Source of the DNA: a bacterium
GTDB taxonomy: Bacteria > SAR324 > JACQKK01
Assembly (NCBI GenBank): GCA_965240465.1
Contig: OZ251219.1
Coordinates: 256,001-320,000 of the forward strand
DNA length: 64,000 bases
Direction: 5' to 3'
Shown here: piece by piece, positions 19,681 through 29,767 of the stretch
Numbering within the stretch: the first letter of the stretch is position 1
Layout of the letters: each line of letters begins with the position of its first letter
Program-made: the position numbers and the translations under genes
The notes under the pieces: generated by a model
Seen by the model: only the letters and a program-made list of their open reading frames with translations
Database searches by the model: none
What the model was told of the DNA's origin: nothing

Positions 19681-21591
19681 ATGACTTCCACATCTTCCCC
19701 AGACAGGCACACAGGAACACCACCCACCCAAGAAGCAAAACCGTCTCCTACTAATCAAAACACAGCTCAACCTCCAGCCCCAGGGTCAGTGATCGGCATT
19801 GATTTAGGAACTACCAATAGCTTGGCCGCGGCGGTATTTCCTCATGGAGCGGAAACTCTGGGTACCAAGGATAATGGAGCCATTGTGCCTTCTGTTTTGT
19901 GTAGGAGGAATGGTAGCTGGATAGTGGGTCAGGCTGCACAGGCATTAGCCTCAGAGTATCCTCAGCAGACGGTATATTCGGTTAAAAGACTGATGGGCAG
20001 AGACATTCAGGATTTGCAACTGGAACTGAAAAGATTGCCCTATGCCATCAAACCTGCTCAACGAGGCTTGGTTCAAGTTCAAATAGGCAAGGAATTATTT
20101 ACTCCTCAGGAGTTATCGGCAGAGATTTTGCTGGGCGTCAAGCAGCGAGCGGAAGCATGCTTGGGAACCAAGGTAAAAAAGGTAGTTATTACCGTGCCAG
20201 CCTATTTTGATGATTCCCAGCGTCAAGCCACCCGTGATGCTGCCCGCTTGGCAGGGCTGGAAGCAGTACGCATCTTAAATGAACCTACCGCGGCTGCTAT
20301 CGCCTATGGTCTAGACCAGAAAAAAACTGGCTGGCTGGCTGTTTATGACTTAGGTGGAGGAACCTTTGATGTTTCCATCTTGCAGCTAACAAAGCAGGTT
20401 TTCAGAGTTATTGCTACCCATGGAGATACCCACCTAGGAGGAGATGATTTTGATGCCCTCTTAGCTGACTGGTTTAAGGAACAAATCCACCAGCAACACC
20501 CCCAAGCTGATACCGATTCTCCCCTGGCACGCCGCTTACTAAGCCACATAGCTGAGCTAGTAAAGATAGACTTAAGTAATTCCGATGGCACCAATTGGCA
20601 GATTAAGCTCCCGCATAAATCATCATCCATTACGGCTCAGGGGCAGATAACCCGTAGCCAATTTGAAACCTTAATTACCCCCTTAGTTAAACGCACTCTG
20701 GATTCTTTTCAATTAGCCCTCAATGTCGCCAAGTGCAAGGTGGAAGAAATAGAAGAAGTGGTCTTGGTAGGAGGAGCTTCCCGAATTCCCCTAGTGAGAA
20801 AACAAGTAGAGATCTTCTGTGGAAAACGCCCCCAACTATCCATTGACCCCGATACAGCAATCGCCATAGGAGCAGGCATTCAGGCTAATTTGTTAGCAGG
20901 AGGGCGTCGTGATTTTTTGCTACTGGATGTCATTCCCCTTTCTTTAGGGCTTGAAACCCTAGGCGGAGCCTTTAACAAGCTCATTGCTGCTAATACCAAC
21001 ATTCCTGCTCAAGCGGAAGAACTATTCACCACCCAAGTGGAAAACCAGACTGGGGTGAACATAAACATCTATCAAGGGGAACGCGAACTGGTGAAGGATT
21101 GTCGTAAATTAGGTCGTTTTAACCTATCTGGTATTCCTCCTATGCCCGCGGGTCTGCCAAAAATTCGGGTGCGTTTCTTGGTAGATGCCAATGGCATTCT
21201 GACCGTCTCCGCCTTGGAGGAACGCAGTGGTCAAAAATCAGAAATAGAGGTTATCCCCTCACATGGTCTTACCCAAGCTGAGATAGACCGAATGATGGAA
21301 GAATCTTTTAGCCACTCCCAAAAAGATATGCAAGAACGCCTGATGATAGATTTTAGTAACACCGCCCAAGCGGTCTTACGAGGAATTGAGAAATCATGGC
21401 ACCAAGCCGAAAAATTGTTGTCCAAAAAGGATGCCGAAATCCTACGCCAACAAGTACAAACAGTCAAGGATGCCCTACAGGGTACCGACCCCATGCTACT
21501 ACGCCGAGCACTAGATACCCTCGGCGAAACAACCCGTCCCTTAGCCGATGAAATCTTCAGCCAAGCAGCCACAAAAAATCTGCTTTCTTAG
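19681..21591 (+). CDS. hscA: Fe-S assembly chaperone HscA (Hsp70 family)
   Basis: GIDLGTTNSL, VITVPAYFDDSQRQAT, YDLGGGTFDVS, LLLDVIPLSLGLET; isc operon context. Confidence 0.92.
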   Translation: MTSTSSPDRHTGTPPTQEAKPSPTNQNTAQPPAPGSVIGIDLGTTNSLAAAVFPHGAETLGTKDNGAIVPSVLCRRNGSWIVGQAAQALASEYPQQTVYSVKRLMGRDIQDLQLELKRLPYAIKPAQRGLVQVQIGKELFTPQELSAEILLGVKQRAEACLGTKVKKVVITVPAYFDDSQRQATRDAARLAGLEAVRILNEPTAAAIAYGLDQKKTGWLAVYDLGGGTFDVSILQLTKQVFRVIATHGDTHLGGDDFDALLADWFKEQIHQQHPQADTDSPLARRLLSHIAELVKIDLSNSDGTNWQIKLPHKSSSITAQGQITRSQFETLITPLVKRTLDSFQLALNVAKCKVEEIEEVVLVGGASRIPLVRKQVEIFCGKRPQLSIDPDTAIAIGAGIQANLLAGGRRDFLLLDVIPLSLGLETLGGAFNKLIAANTNIPAQAEELFTTQVENQTGVNINIYQGERELVKDCRKLGRFNLSGIPPMPAGLPKIRVRFLVDANGILTVSALEERSGQKSEIEVIPSHGLTQAEIDRMMEESFSHSQKDMQERLMIDFSNTAQAVLRGIEKSWHQAEKLLSKKDAEILRQQVQTVKDALQGTDPMLLRRALDTLGETTRPLADEIFSQAATKNLLS

Positions 21592-21685
21592 GAGTATACA
21601 TTGCTAATGTATGCTTGCTAATCTTAAGCCGTCCGCAAAACTAATGCCGAATTAATTGTCAAATACTCGTTGGAGCTAATCATCT

Positions 21686-21898
21686 ATGAGCTTAAAATGG
21701 ACTGACATTGAAGATATTGGAATCTTGCTACATGAGCGTGAACCTCAGCTTGACCCGCTGACGGTTCGCTTTACGGATTTGCGAGACAAGATCTTGGCCC
21801 TACCAGATTTCCAAGAAGCAACCGCTTCTCTAAACGAGAAAAAACTGGAAGCCATCCAGATGGCATGGTATGAGGAATACCAAGAATCCAAGGAATAG
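21686..21898 (+). CDS. iscX: Fe-S assembly protein IscX
   Basis: LKWTD...DPLTVRFTDL...EKKLEAIQMAWYEE, characteristic of IscX/YfhJ. Confidence 0.92.
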   Translation: MSLKWTDIEDIGILLHEREPQLDPLTVRFTDLRDKILALPDFQEATASLNEKKLEAIQMAWYEEYQESKE

Positions 21899-21931
21899 CT
21901 AAGCTGATTTCACCTACAAGCTGACCAAAAT

Positions 21932-23407
21932 CTAAAGCGGCTTCCAGTTAAGTACGAACTCAGTTAGGGTTGCTACCCCTACTCCAGTGGCTCCTGTGTC
22001 AGGAATATGTCCGATATTTTGTACATCCCAAGCAGTGCCAGCGATATCCAAGTGTACCCAAGGAGTTTCTTTGATGAACCTTTTGAGGAATAAGCCAGCC
22101 GTGATGGCACCAGCATATCTTCCACCAATGTTTTGAATATCTGCATATTTGCTTTTAAGATCCAGCTCATATTCGGGAAATGATGGCAAAGGACAAATCC
22201 CCTCACCAGCACGTTTGCTAGCATCAATTACTTGTTTTTGGAGGGGTTTGGAATTAGTTACCAGCCCGCTGGCATAATTTCCCAAAGCTACCAGACATGA
22301 CCCCGTGAGGGTAGCGAGGTCTATAATGGCAGCTGGTTTGAATTTTTTTACAGTCCAAGCTAGGGCATCTGCCAGAATCAAGCGTCCTTCGGCATCTGTA
22401 TTGAGGATTTCCACCGTGGTTCCATCGCAGCCAGTATGAATATCACCGGGTTTGGTAGCTTGACCACCGGGCATGTTTTCAACGGATGGTACTACAAAAA
22501 CTACATTAACCTTGGGCTTAAGCTGAGCGATCACCTCCATTGCTCCAAATACCGCCGCAGCTCCGCACATATCATATTTCATTTCGTCCATTTTTGCACC
22601 GGGCTTGAGGGAAATACCACCTGAGTCAAAGGTAACTCCCTTGCCCACTAGTGCCAGCGTATCCTTAGCCTTGGGATAACGGTACTGAGCAACAATTAAG
22701 CAGGCTGGTTCTCGGGATCCTTGGGCGACTCCGAGTAGGAGTTCCATTTTTTCTTTTTTGAGTGTTTTTTCATCCATAATTCGGATGGGAAGACGATATT
22801 TTTTAGCTATTTTTTCAGCTTCTTTGGCTAGTTTTACAGGGGTAAGCACATTACCGGGCTGATTCCCTAGATCGCGAGCTAAGCAGATACCATCGGCACG
22901 CAATTGTCCTGTTTTAACCAGATTTGCTGCTTCTGGAAGAGAGGCATCAAATATTGTCAATTGCTTTAGTTTGGCATTCTTTTTGTCTTTTTCAGGAGCT
23001 TTATACTGATCAAACCGATAGCTACCTAGTACTGCTCCTTCTGCCAGAGCGCGCAGATCTTGCTTATCGAGTCCTGTGGGTGCCAGCAGTCCAGCAGAGG
23101 AGATTCCCAATTTAGCCAAGCTGTTACCAGCTACACCTGCTGCTCGCCTGAATTGTTCGGTAGTGGGTTTGGCATCCAAGCCGACCAACAACAAGCGGGA
23201 TATGCTTTTATAATCGGTGGGCAATGCTAGAACTGCTTCTTGTTTTACCTCAAAGATACCGCTCTTGATAGCTTGGGAGGCTAGTTCTTTCAGAGGGGCA
23301 GGCAATTTAGCAGGAATCTTGGGAGTACTAGCACTTTTCGTAATAAAAGCAACTAGGCACTCAGCGATTTTAGGCAACGATGAAGAGTAGGTGATTGCGG
23401 TGGACAT
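21932..23407 (-). CDS. pepA: Leucyl aminopeptidase (M17 family)
   Basis: GKGVTFDSGG, MKYDMCGAA, NTDAEGRL, WVHLDIAGT. Confidence 0.92.
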   Translation of the reverse strand: MSTAITYSSSLPKIAECLVAFITKSASTPKIPAKLPAPLKELASQAIKSGIFEVKQEAVLALPTDYKSISRLLLVGLDAKPTTEQFRRAAGVAGNSLAKLGISSAGLLAPTGLDKQDLRALAEGAVLGSYRFDQYKAPEKDKKNAKLKQLTIFDASLPEAANLVKTGQLRADGICLARDLGNQPGNVLTPVKLAKEAEKIAKKYRLPIRIMDEKTLKKEKMELLLGVAQGSREPACLIVAQYRYPKAKDTLALVGKGVTFDSGGISLKPGAKMDEMKYDMCGAAAVFGAMEVIAQLKPKVNVVFVVPSVENMPGGQATKPGDIHTGCDGTTVEILNTDAEGRLILADALAWTVKKFKPAAIIDLATLTGSCLVALGNYASGLVTNSKPLQKQVIDASKRAGEGICPLPSFPEYELDLKSKYADIQNIGGRYAGAITAGLFLKRFIKETPWVHLDIAGTAWDVQNIGHIPDTGATGVGVATLTEFVLNWKPL

Positions 23408-23458
23408 GTTTCTCCTTTTTAATGATCATACCAAACAGATAAAGATTTAATGGTAGCA

Positions 23459-24508
23459 CTATATTAGGGCGTATTTGCTAGTTTTAAGATGTTCTGAGGA
23501 TTTTGGTTCCAAAGAAGCAGGCAGAGGAAAGGAAACGTTTTCTTGGGTCAGCGTTAATTCTTCCACTCGGGGGTGATGAACACTGGAGAACCAAACTACC
23601 ATCTTTTGGACCACATCTTCGGGAGCAGAGGCTCCTGCCGTTATACCTACCACTTGCACATTTTTCAACCAAGCGAGTTTAATATCATGATGTGATTCCA
23701 CCAGATAGGCAGGCACACCATCCCGACGGGCAACTTCTACCAGTCTATTAGAATTGGAACTATTGGTAGATCCCACCACAAACACTACCTCAGCCGAGAG
23801 GGATAAATGCTTAACCGCATTCTGTCTATTTTGGGTAGCATAGCAAATATCATCTTTCCGAGGTGATCTTAAGACCGGAAAACGACGCTTGAGTACCTGA
23901 AGAATCTCATGGGTATCATCCAGAGATAGCGTAGTCTGAGTAAGATAAACAACTTGTTCGGGGTCTACTGCTTGTACCTGTTCGGCAGCTTGGATATCAC
24001 CTACTACCACAATATGCTCAGGAGCTACTCCTCGGGTACCTACCACTTCCACATGGTCTTCATGCCCCACTAGAAAAATAGTACGCTGCTGTGCCGAATA
24101 ATGACGGGCCTTATTATGAACCTTGGTCACCAAAGGACAAGTGGCATCCAGCACTTCTAAAGAGCGTTGCTTGGCTTGTTCATAAGCACTAGGCGGTACC
24201 CCATGGGCTGAAAATACAACTCGTGCTCCCTCAGGCACTTCTGTTAGTTCCTCTACAAACACCGCCCCCATTTTCTCCAACTGCTCCACCACATGACGAT
24301 TGTGCACAATCGCATGTTTGACGTACATCGGTGATCCAAAACGCTCTAAAGCTAGCTCCACTATCTGAATGGCTCTATCCACCCCCGCACAAAAGCCGCG
24401 AGGATTAGCCAACAGAATAGTCTTAATGTTGCCCAGTACAGACTCGAAACCAGCAGAGCAGTCATCTTCGGTAGCTATGAGATTATTTTTTCCGCCCGAG
24501 ACCACCAT
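23459..24508 (-). CDS. ispH: 4-hydroxy-3-methylbut-2-enyl diphosphate reductase (true start may be downstream)
   Basis: ANPRGFCAGVDRA, DATCPLVTKVH, DDICYATQNRQ, SSNS, TAGASAPE. Confidence 0.95.
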   Translation of the reverse strand: MVVSGGKNNLIATEDDCSAGFESVLGNIKTILLANPRGFCAGVDRAIQIVELALERFGSPMYVKHAIVHNRHVVEQLEKMGAVFVEELTEVPEGARVVFSAHGVPPSAYEQAKQRSLEVLDATCPLVTKVHNKARHYSAQQRTIFLVGHEDHVEVVGTRGVAPEHIVVVGDIQAAEQVQAVDPEQVVYLTQTTLSLDDTHEILQVLKRRFPVLRSPRKDDICYATQNRQNAVKHLSLSAEVVFVVGSTNSSNSNRLVEVARRDGVPAYLVESHHDIKLAWLKNVQVVGITAGASAPEDVVQKMVVWFSSVHHPRVEELTLTQENVSFPLPASLEPKSSEHLKTSKYALI

Positions 24509-24663
24509 TGCTATTTGTCAATACATTCATAAAAAACATTCATAAAAATTAGGGCTAGTATTTTCGTCTTGAACTAAAAGATTATCTCCCTGAATGGTAT
24601 AAATTAATTTAGCCAACCGCAAGTATAAATTCTGACCTGTATAAGTGATCCTCTTTCGGCAAT

Positions 24664-25443
24664 TTACCTCAGTTTTTTTGAGCCCTCCTGCTGAGATTTT
24701 AGCTGCTGAGATTTTAGCTGCTGCCATTTATCGCTGATGAGGGTGTGCATGGTTTGGGAGATTTCTTGTCTATTAGCAGTCTTGTATGTACTTTGCGTTT
24801 GTGCAGGATGAATATGCACCTGAACTTTATTAAAAAAACGACGACCATTATGCTCACTGCCAAAAATGGTAACTGGCAAAACCGTCAAGCCTTGTTCCAA
24901 GAACAACTGCATGCTACCCGACTTAAAAGGTTTGGGTCCTTTCCATGGTTGACGATTTCTGGTTCCTTCAGGAAAAATCACCAATACCCCCGTTCTTGAT
25001 TGACGCATATTCTCGGTGTGTTTTCGGAATCTCTCCATCGCTTGCCGAGGCTTGCTACGATCCAAGGGTAGGCATTTTAAGATTTTCATACAAGCATGTA
25101 GTAATGGAACACGATACAAGGTGTGCTTAGCCACAAACCCAATCGCAATCTTCAGGCTATATACCAAGATGGGAATATCATAGAGAGATTGATGATTAGC
25201 CACCACGATAAAAGGTTTGTAGCTGGGAATGTTCTGCTGTCCAGTAACCGAGACAGAGCAACCTGTCTGCCACAGAAGAAATTGTGCCCAGTAACGATGA
25301 GCTAAAATATCAATGGTTTTTTCTTGCTTTTGTTTATCGCGGACAAAGATCCGGTAAGTAAATGATATCGGTCGTAGTATGTTCAGGTACAAGAATTGGA
25401 TACCCAATACCAGCCAAACACGGAACAGGATTGCAACAAACAC
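24664..25443 (-). CDS. plsC: 1-acyl-sn-glycerol-3-phosphate acyltransferase (PlsC family)
   Basis: NHQSLYD (HX4D) and FPEGTR motifs. Confidence 0.85.
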   Translation of the reverse strand: MFVAILFRVWLVLGIQFLYLNILRPISFTYRIFVRDKQKQEKTIDILAHRYWAQFLLWQTGCSVSVTGQQNIPSYKPFIVVANHQSLYDIPILVYSLKIAIGFVAKHTLYRVPLLHACMKILKCLPLDRSKPRQAMERFRKHTENMRQSRTGVLVIFPEGTRNRQPWKGPKPFKSGSMQLFLEQGLTVLPVTIFGSEHNGRRFFNKVQVHIHPAQTQSTYKTANRQEISQTMHTLISDKWQQLKSQQLKSQQEGSKKLR

Positions 25444-25498
25444 AGGCTAGCAGATAAAATGGAAGCACCCAATGAAATGCTAGGATGCTATGGCAAAT

Positions 25499-26191
25499 TT
25501 AGGACACCCTACGTAGCTTTTTGTAAATAATCGGGATAAGAGCAAATAGTCCCAACAGGGCAAAAGAACCCAGTACTGCAGGTGACAAAATATCTGCTAA
25601 TTGTTTTATTTCTCCCAGGGCACGACCAGCATTCACATAGACAAATGAACCCGGAATAATGCCAACCGCAGTGCCCAAAAAGAATACCGAAAAACGCATC
25701 GGAGTGAGTCCTGCCACTAGATTGATCAAGAAAAACGGAAATAGCGGTACCAAACGTACGAATAGTAGAAAATTGATCCCGCTCTTTTTCACACCATCAT
25801 TGATAACTTGGATCACTTTTCCTTTAGCCTTTTTCTGAACCCATTCTCCCAATAAGAAGCGAGCAAACAAAAAAGCTAATGACGCCCCAATCGTGGCTGA
25901 GATAACCACTACTACCAGCCCCACTCCCAATCCAAATAGCAACCCAGCTGCCAATGAAAACAGGGTGGTCAAGGGCAAAGCTAGTGCTGCTGAGATCACA
26001 TAAGCCAACGCAAATAGACCTGTTGCCAAAACTGGTTGAGCATCCACTGCTTGCTGAATACGAAACTGGTTGGCTACTAAGCTCTCAAAACTAAGGCTAT
26101 CTTGAGGAGCGTACAAAAACCAGGCAACCAGCACGGTAGCCACCAACAAAAGTAAGACTATTTTTATAACACGCCGAGTAGTAACAGACAT
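25499..26191 (-). CDS. TVP38/TMEM64 (YdjX/DedA-like) membrane protein
   Basis: ATIGASLAFLFARFL, RLVPLFPFFLINL, GIIPGSFVYVNAG; start taken at ATG 26191. Confidence 0.85.
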   Translation of the reverse strand: MSVTTRRVIKIVLLLLVATVLVAWFLYAPQDSLSFESLVANQFRIQQAVDAQPVLATGLFALAYVISAALALPLTTLFSLAAGLLFGLGVGLVVVVISATIGASLAFLFARFLLGEWVQKKAKGKVIQVINDGVKKSGINFLLFVRLVPLFPFFLINLVAGLTPMRFSVFFLGTAVGIIPGSFVYVNAGRALGEIKQLADILSPAVLGSFALLGLFALIPIIYKKLRRVS

Positions 26192-26258
26192 AAAAACACC
26201 AATATAAAAAACAAAACACCTAAAAAAATGATAAGCCCTATAAGAAAAGCCTACCGAA

Positions 26259-26591
26259 TCAAGAATCACTAGCTTGTCTACTGGAACGATCAAGTATCAG
26301 CTTACCACGTAGCATTTTCTGGCGATAGTATTTCACATAAAAGCGACAGTGCTCCACCGTTTCTAAGTAAAATATTTCTTCCGATTTTATAAAGCCTGCC
26401 AAATCAGAGGATAATTTATAAGGCAAACTGCCTTCTTTCATTAGCAAGACACTGCCTTCTTTTACCTCCACAGATAGCCAACTACCTTTAGGAACAGTCT
26501 GCGGCTGACGCCAAGACAAAGGCAATGTGTGCTGATTATAACAAGGAGAAATATTTTCTAAAACCGCATTAAAAGGAATGGGAGAGATCAT
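26259..26591 (-). CDS. DUF1971 (YeaR/TehB N-terminal-like) domain protein
   Basis: TLP...KGSWLSVEVKEG...RFYVKYYR resembles the family pattern as I recall it. Confidence 0.5.
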   Translation of the reverse strand: MISPIPFNAVLENISPCYNQHTLPLSWRQPQTVPKGSWLSVEVKEGSVLLMKEGSLPYKLSSDLAGFIKSEEIFYLETVEHCRFYVKYYRQKMLRGKLILDRSSRQASDS

Positions 26592-26617
26592 ATAGGCAAA
26601 CTTGCTAGTAGATTTTC

Positions 26618-27778
26618 TTATTTGCCAGTGTCTTTCTCGCCAGTGTCTTTCTTGGCAGGGTCTTTTTTGCCAGTGTCTTTTTTGGCAGGGTCTTTATCTA
26701 TCAGATCTTGAGCACTAGCGGGCAGACGCTTTATATCCCAACGGCTAAGAAGCATGGTATGCCTTAGTTGTAGCTCGTTCAACCTAGCAGCAAGTGCACG
26801 AGTATCTTCATCAGCTTCAGAAGACGCCGAGACCGATAAAACAACGGGATGCTGCATATCTTTTTTGGATGGCTTCTCATTGAAGCGTAACTCATATTGT
26901 AGACCACTAACCAAGTTCAGCTTTAATTTCATCGGAAGGCCTGGTCCTAGGCGACCTGACTTTCTCCGCCGAGTAACCTTATCCAAGCCTGCCAATTCCC
27001 AACCTCCCACCGTGCGTACCAGCTCTGAAACAGAAGAGACATCCAGGACTCCTTCTGCTCCCATCAATTGCCAAGGAGCATTATCAGCTTTCCTTTCTAA
27101 TTTAATCAAAATTTTGCCTTTGCGTTCCAGCTGCAACACCCTCAAATCCGAGTAAAAATCACCCCCGAATAAGCGTTTTTGTACCCAGTTAAAAGGAAAA
27201 TCATCCAAAATTAGATCATTTCCCGTCAGCCAAGCCGTTTCTCCATCATCCAGCCGTAAATATCTCCCCGAAAACCTGGATGCCCTACTAGTATTAGAAC
27301 GTTGCTCTCCAATGGTCAGTGTGAATAGAGGAATCCCCTCTTTATTCAATAGTTGCAACTGTTGCCCTTGCCAAAAAGATTCACTAGCATTTTCTTCCTT
27401 GGATGGCTCCATAGCATCCCCAGCCAACTCAGGTGGCCCAATTAAACCCAAAGAACTCAATATTTCTTCTCCTTCCCCTATTGAACGATCTAGAGTCAAA
27501 CGCTTAATCTGTAACAATAATTCCCGCAATTTTAATTCATCAGCCGGATAATTGCTCTGCTCACGCACCTGCCAACCCGTCTCAATACGTTCCAGATTCA
27601 CTTGCTCACCTGCAGAAACAATCACCACTCGAGCGACTTCCTCCAAGGCAACTCCTTCCAACAGATTTCCAAGGCTAGATCCTGCACCACGGTTTTGCTT
27701 CCAAACCTGCCAACCCAATATCATCAGGGACAAAGAAATCATTATTCCCACCCCTAAAACCAAGGGCTTCAATTTCAT
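26618..27778 (-). CDS. DUF4340-type accessory protein of the Gld-like ABC system
   Basis: N-terminal TM segment, W..REQSNYPAD, L.IG...YLR; last gene of the ABC/GldG cluster; C-terminal KKDTG/KKDPA repeats. Confidence 0.7.
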   Translation of the reverse strand: MKLKPLVLGVGIMISLSLMILGWQVWKQNRGAGSSLGNLLEGVALEEVARVVIVSAGEQVNLERIETGWQVREQSNYPADELKLRELLLQIKRLTLDRSIGEGEEILSSLGLIGPPELAGDAMEPSKEENASESFWQGQQLQLLNKEGIPLFTLTIGEQRSNTSRASRFSGRYLRLDDGETAWLTGNDLILDDFPFNWVQKRLFGGDFYSDLRVLQLERKGKILIKLERKADNAPWQLMGAEGVLDVSSVSELVRTVGGWELAGLDKVTRRRKSGRLGPGLPMKLKLNLVSGLQYELRFNEKPSKKDMQHPVVLSVSASSEADEDTRALAARLNELQLRHTMLLSRWDIKRLPASAQDLIDKDPAKKDTGKKDPAKKDTGEKDTGK

Positions 27779-27826
27779 TTCTCAAATATCTCCTTATCCA
27801 AAAGTACTTATCTCCTTTTCAGCATC

Positions 27827-29749
27827 TCACTCACCGCGACGAGAACGCCTACCAATAAACCAAAATCCAAATCCGCTCACCAGCACAGGAACCAAAAGTA
27901 AATTGAACGCCAACAGCCAAGACCCTAATCTCTCAATATCTTCACGCAACAATTTACGCACTTCACGCAAAGCTCGGCGGGTTTTTTGCTCTTCTTGTAA
28001 GAAACGATCCATTTCCTTCTGCTGAGCACTATTGATCAAAATATCATCAGTTTGTGTATCCTGCAGGGATCGCAAGCGTTCACGCACCTCAGACAGGCGA
28101 ACATTCAATTGAGCTTCTTGCTCTTGAAAACGCTTTGCTGCCCGAACCTGTATATCTACCAAGCGTGTAAAAGGACGAGCTGTTTTTCCCCGAGAACGCA
28201 CTGCGATTAAATCCTGTCCTCCGCTAAATAATTCTAAGGCATTAAGCAGGAAAGTGAAATTATCATTCAAAGGCTGCAAAAATACATTGCCCAGAAACTT
28301 GGTACGCTGCACCGCGTAATCATCAGCTATGAAATCGGTGTCTGCCATTAGCAGGATGGAATTCTCAGTAGCTGCTTTCTCAAGATGGGGAGACAACTCA
28401 GTCTGGAATTTCTTTTCACTGGCGGTAGCCTCAGGAGCTCCATCAGGATAGGCTGTTTTGAACTTGCCACTGATCAAAGCTGCGGGGATGCGTGGTTTAC
28501 CATCGGTTTGTAGCGAGCGTACTTGAGCCAGCGGTGACTGAAAACTTAAGGAGGAAACTCCCAGCTGCCCTGAATTTTCAGAAGTGATCAGCAAGGGAGT
28601 AAAGCGATAAGCAAATTCCTTTTTAGGAGTAAAGGAACCGCTGTTGACTAGCAATATATTTTCCAGTTGGGAGGTAAGCACATGGTCTTGATTCATTTGT
28701 CCAGGACCTAGATCTAGCCAGAATGGATAGTTCAGCGTTCCCTGCTGAGTACGTACATCCTTGCCGTGGCTAACATCGCCTATTACATGGACGGGAGAGT
28801 ATTCCATCCCCCAGGCATCAAGAAGTACCGATAGATCACTGCTAGGTTGGCTGTTGAATCCTGGTTGTCCTGATAGGTCTTTGGTGGATAAGGGATCTAA
28901 GAACAAGATCAGCTTGCCCCCTGCCAGCACGTATTGATCAATGGCGTAGTTATTGCGTTCGGAAATAACTTCTTCTTTAGGATGTAGCAAGATCATCACA
29001 TCTACATCTTTAGGAGCTGCGATCAAATCGTTGATGGTTAGGATTTCCAGTTGGTAATTCTTGGATATTTCGTTGACAAATGCCCAAGACGGTTGGTTCA
29101 GGGCGGGCAGATCGGCACCATAATCTTTTCCACCTACGGGAAGAAAGGATATCAGCTGGACACTGGGGAGGCTTTTTCTAGTAACCCGTACAATGGCTTC
29201 AGAGATACTGTATTCTAGAGAGCTTTCTCGGCGTGGATCCAGATAAGGGGCGACGGCTTCGCGTTCTTGTTGGAGAGCAACTAGTCCAAAAAACAATCGT
29301 TCTCCTGTTGCCAGTCTGGATTCATTTATTCCATAGCGTAGTGCCCATTCTTCTTGCTCGGTGTCGGGTTTGGGGTCAATTATTTCTACCTTAACTTTGC
29401 CTTTGGAGTACCGTTGGTAAGAGCGTAACAACCCCTTCACCCGACGAGAATGTACTTGCAGTGTCAGCGGGAGATTATCCAAACTCTGAGAGTAATAAAG
29501 TCGCAGCGTGACTGGATATTCTAGCTTGGTGAGCAATTTGCGTGAGCCTTTGGAAAGGGTGAAAACACGCCCTTCGGTAATATCTAACTGAAACGGTAAC
29601 AGGCTACCGAGCACATTGAAAGACACCAGACCCATCAGTAGTAAGAACACTACCGTCAGAGGCTTAAATCGCCCCGTAAGAATATGGGGCGGTAGTTGCT
29701 TGAAAAATTTAGCAATAGAATGAATAAACGACATAAATATAGCTGGCAA
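27827..29749 (-). CDS. GldG-family ABC-type transport auxiliary component
   Basis: DITEGRVFTLSKGS, LEYSISEAI, IDQYVLAGGKLILFLDP, ADTDF, NDNFTFLLNALE; N- and C-terminal TM segments. Confidence 0.85.
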   Translation of the reverse strand: MPAIFMSFIHSIAKFFKQLPPHILTGRFKPLTVVFLLLMGLVSFNVLGSLLPFQLDITEGRVFTLSKGSRKLLTKLEYPVTLRLYYSQSLDNLPLTLQVHSRRVKGLLRSYQRYSKGKVKVEIIDPKPDTEQEEWALRYGINESRLATGERLFFGLVALQQEREAVAPYLDPRRESSLEYSISEAIVRVTRKSLPSVQLISFLPVGGKDYGADLPALNQPSWAFVNEISKNYQLEILTINDLIAAPKDVDVMILLHPKEEVISERNNYAIDQYVLAGGKLILFLDPLSTKDLSGQPGFNSQPSSDLSVLLDAWGMEYSPVHVIGDVSHGKDVRTQQGTLNYPFWLDLGPGQMNQDHVLTSQLENILLVNSGSFTPKKEFAYRFTPLLITSENSGQLGVSSLSFQSPLAQVRSLQTDGKPRIPAALISGKFKTAYPDGAPEATASEKKFQTELSPHLEKAATENSILLMADTDFIADDYAVQRTKFLGNVFLQPLNDNFTFLLNALELFSGGQDLIAVRSRGKTARPFTRLVDIQVRAAKRFQEQEAQLNVRLSEVRERLRSLQDTQTDDILINSAQQKEMDRFLQEEQKTRRALREVRKLLREDIERLGSWLLAFNLLLVPVLVSGFGFWFIGRRSRRGE

Positions 29750-29767
29750 AATTATCCAGAAAAGAAC

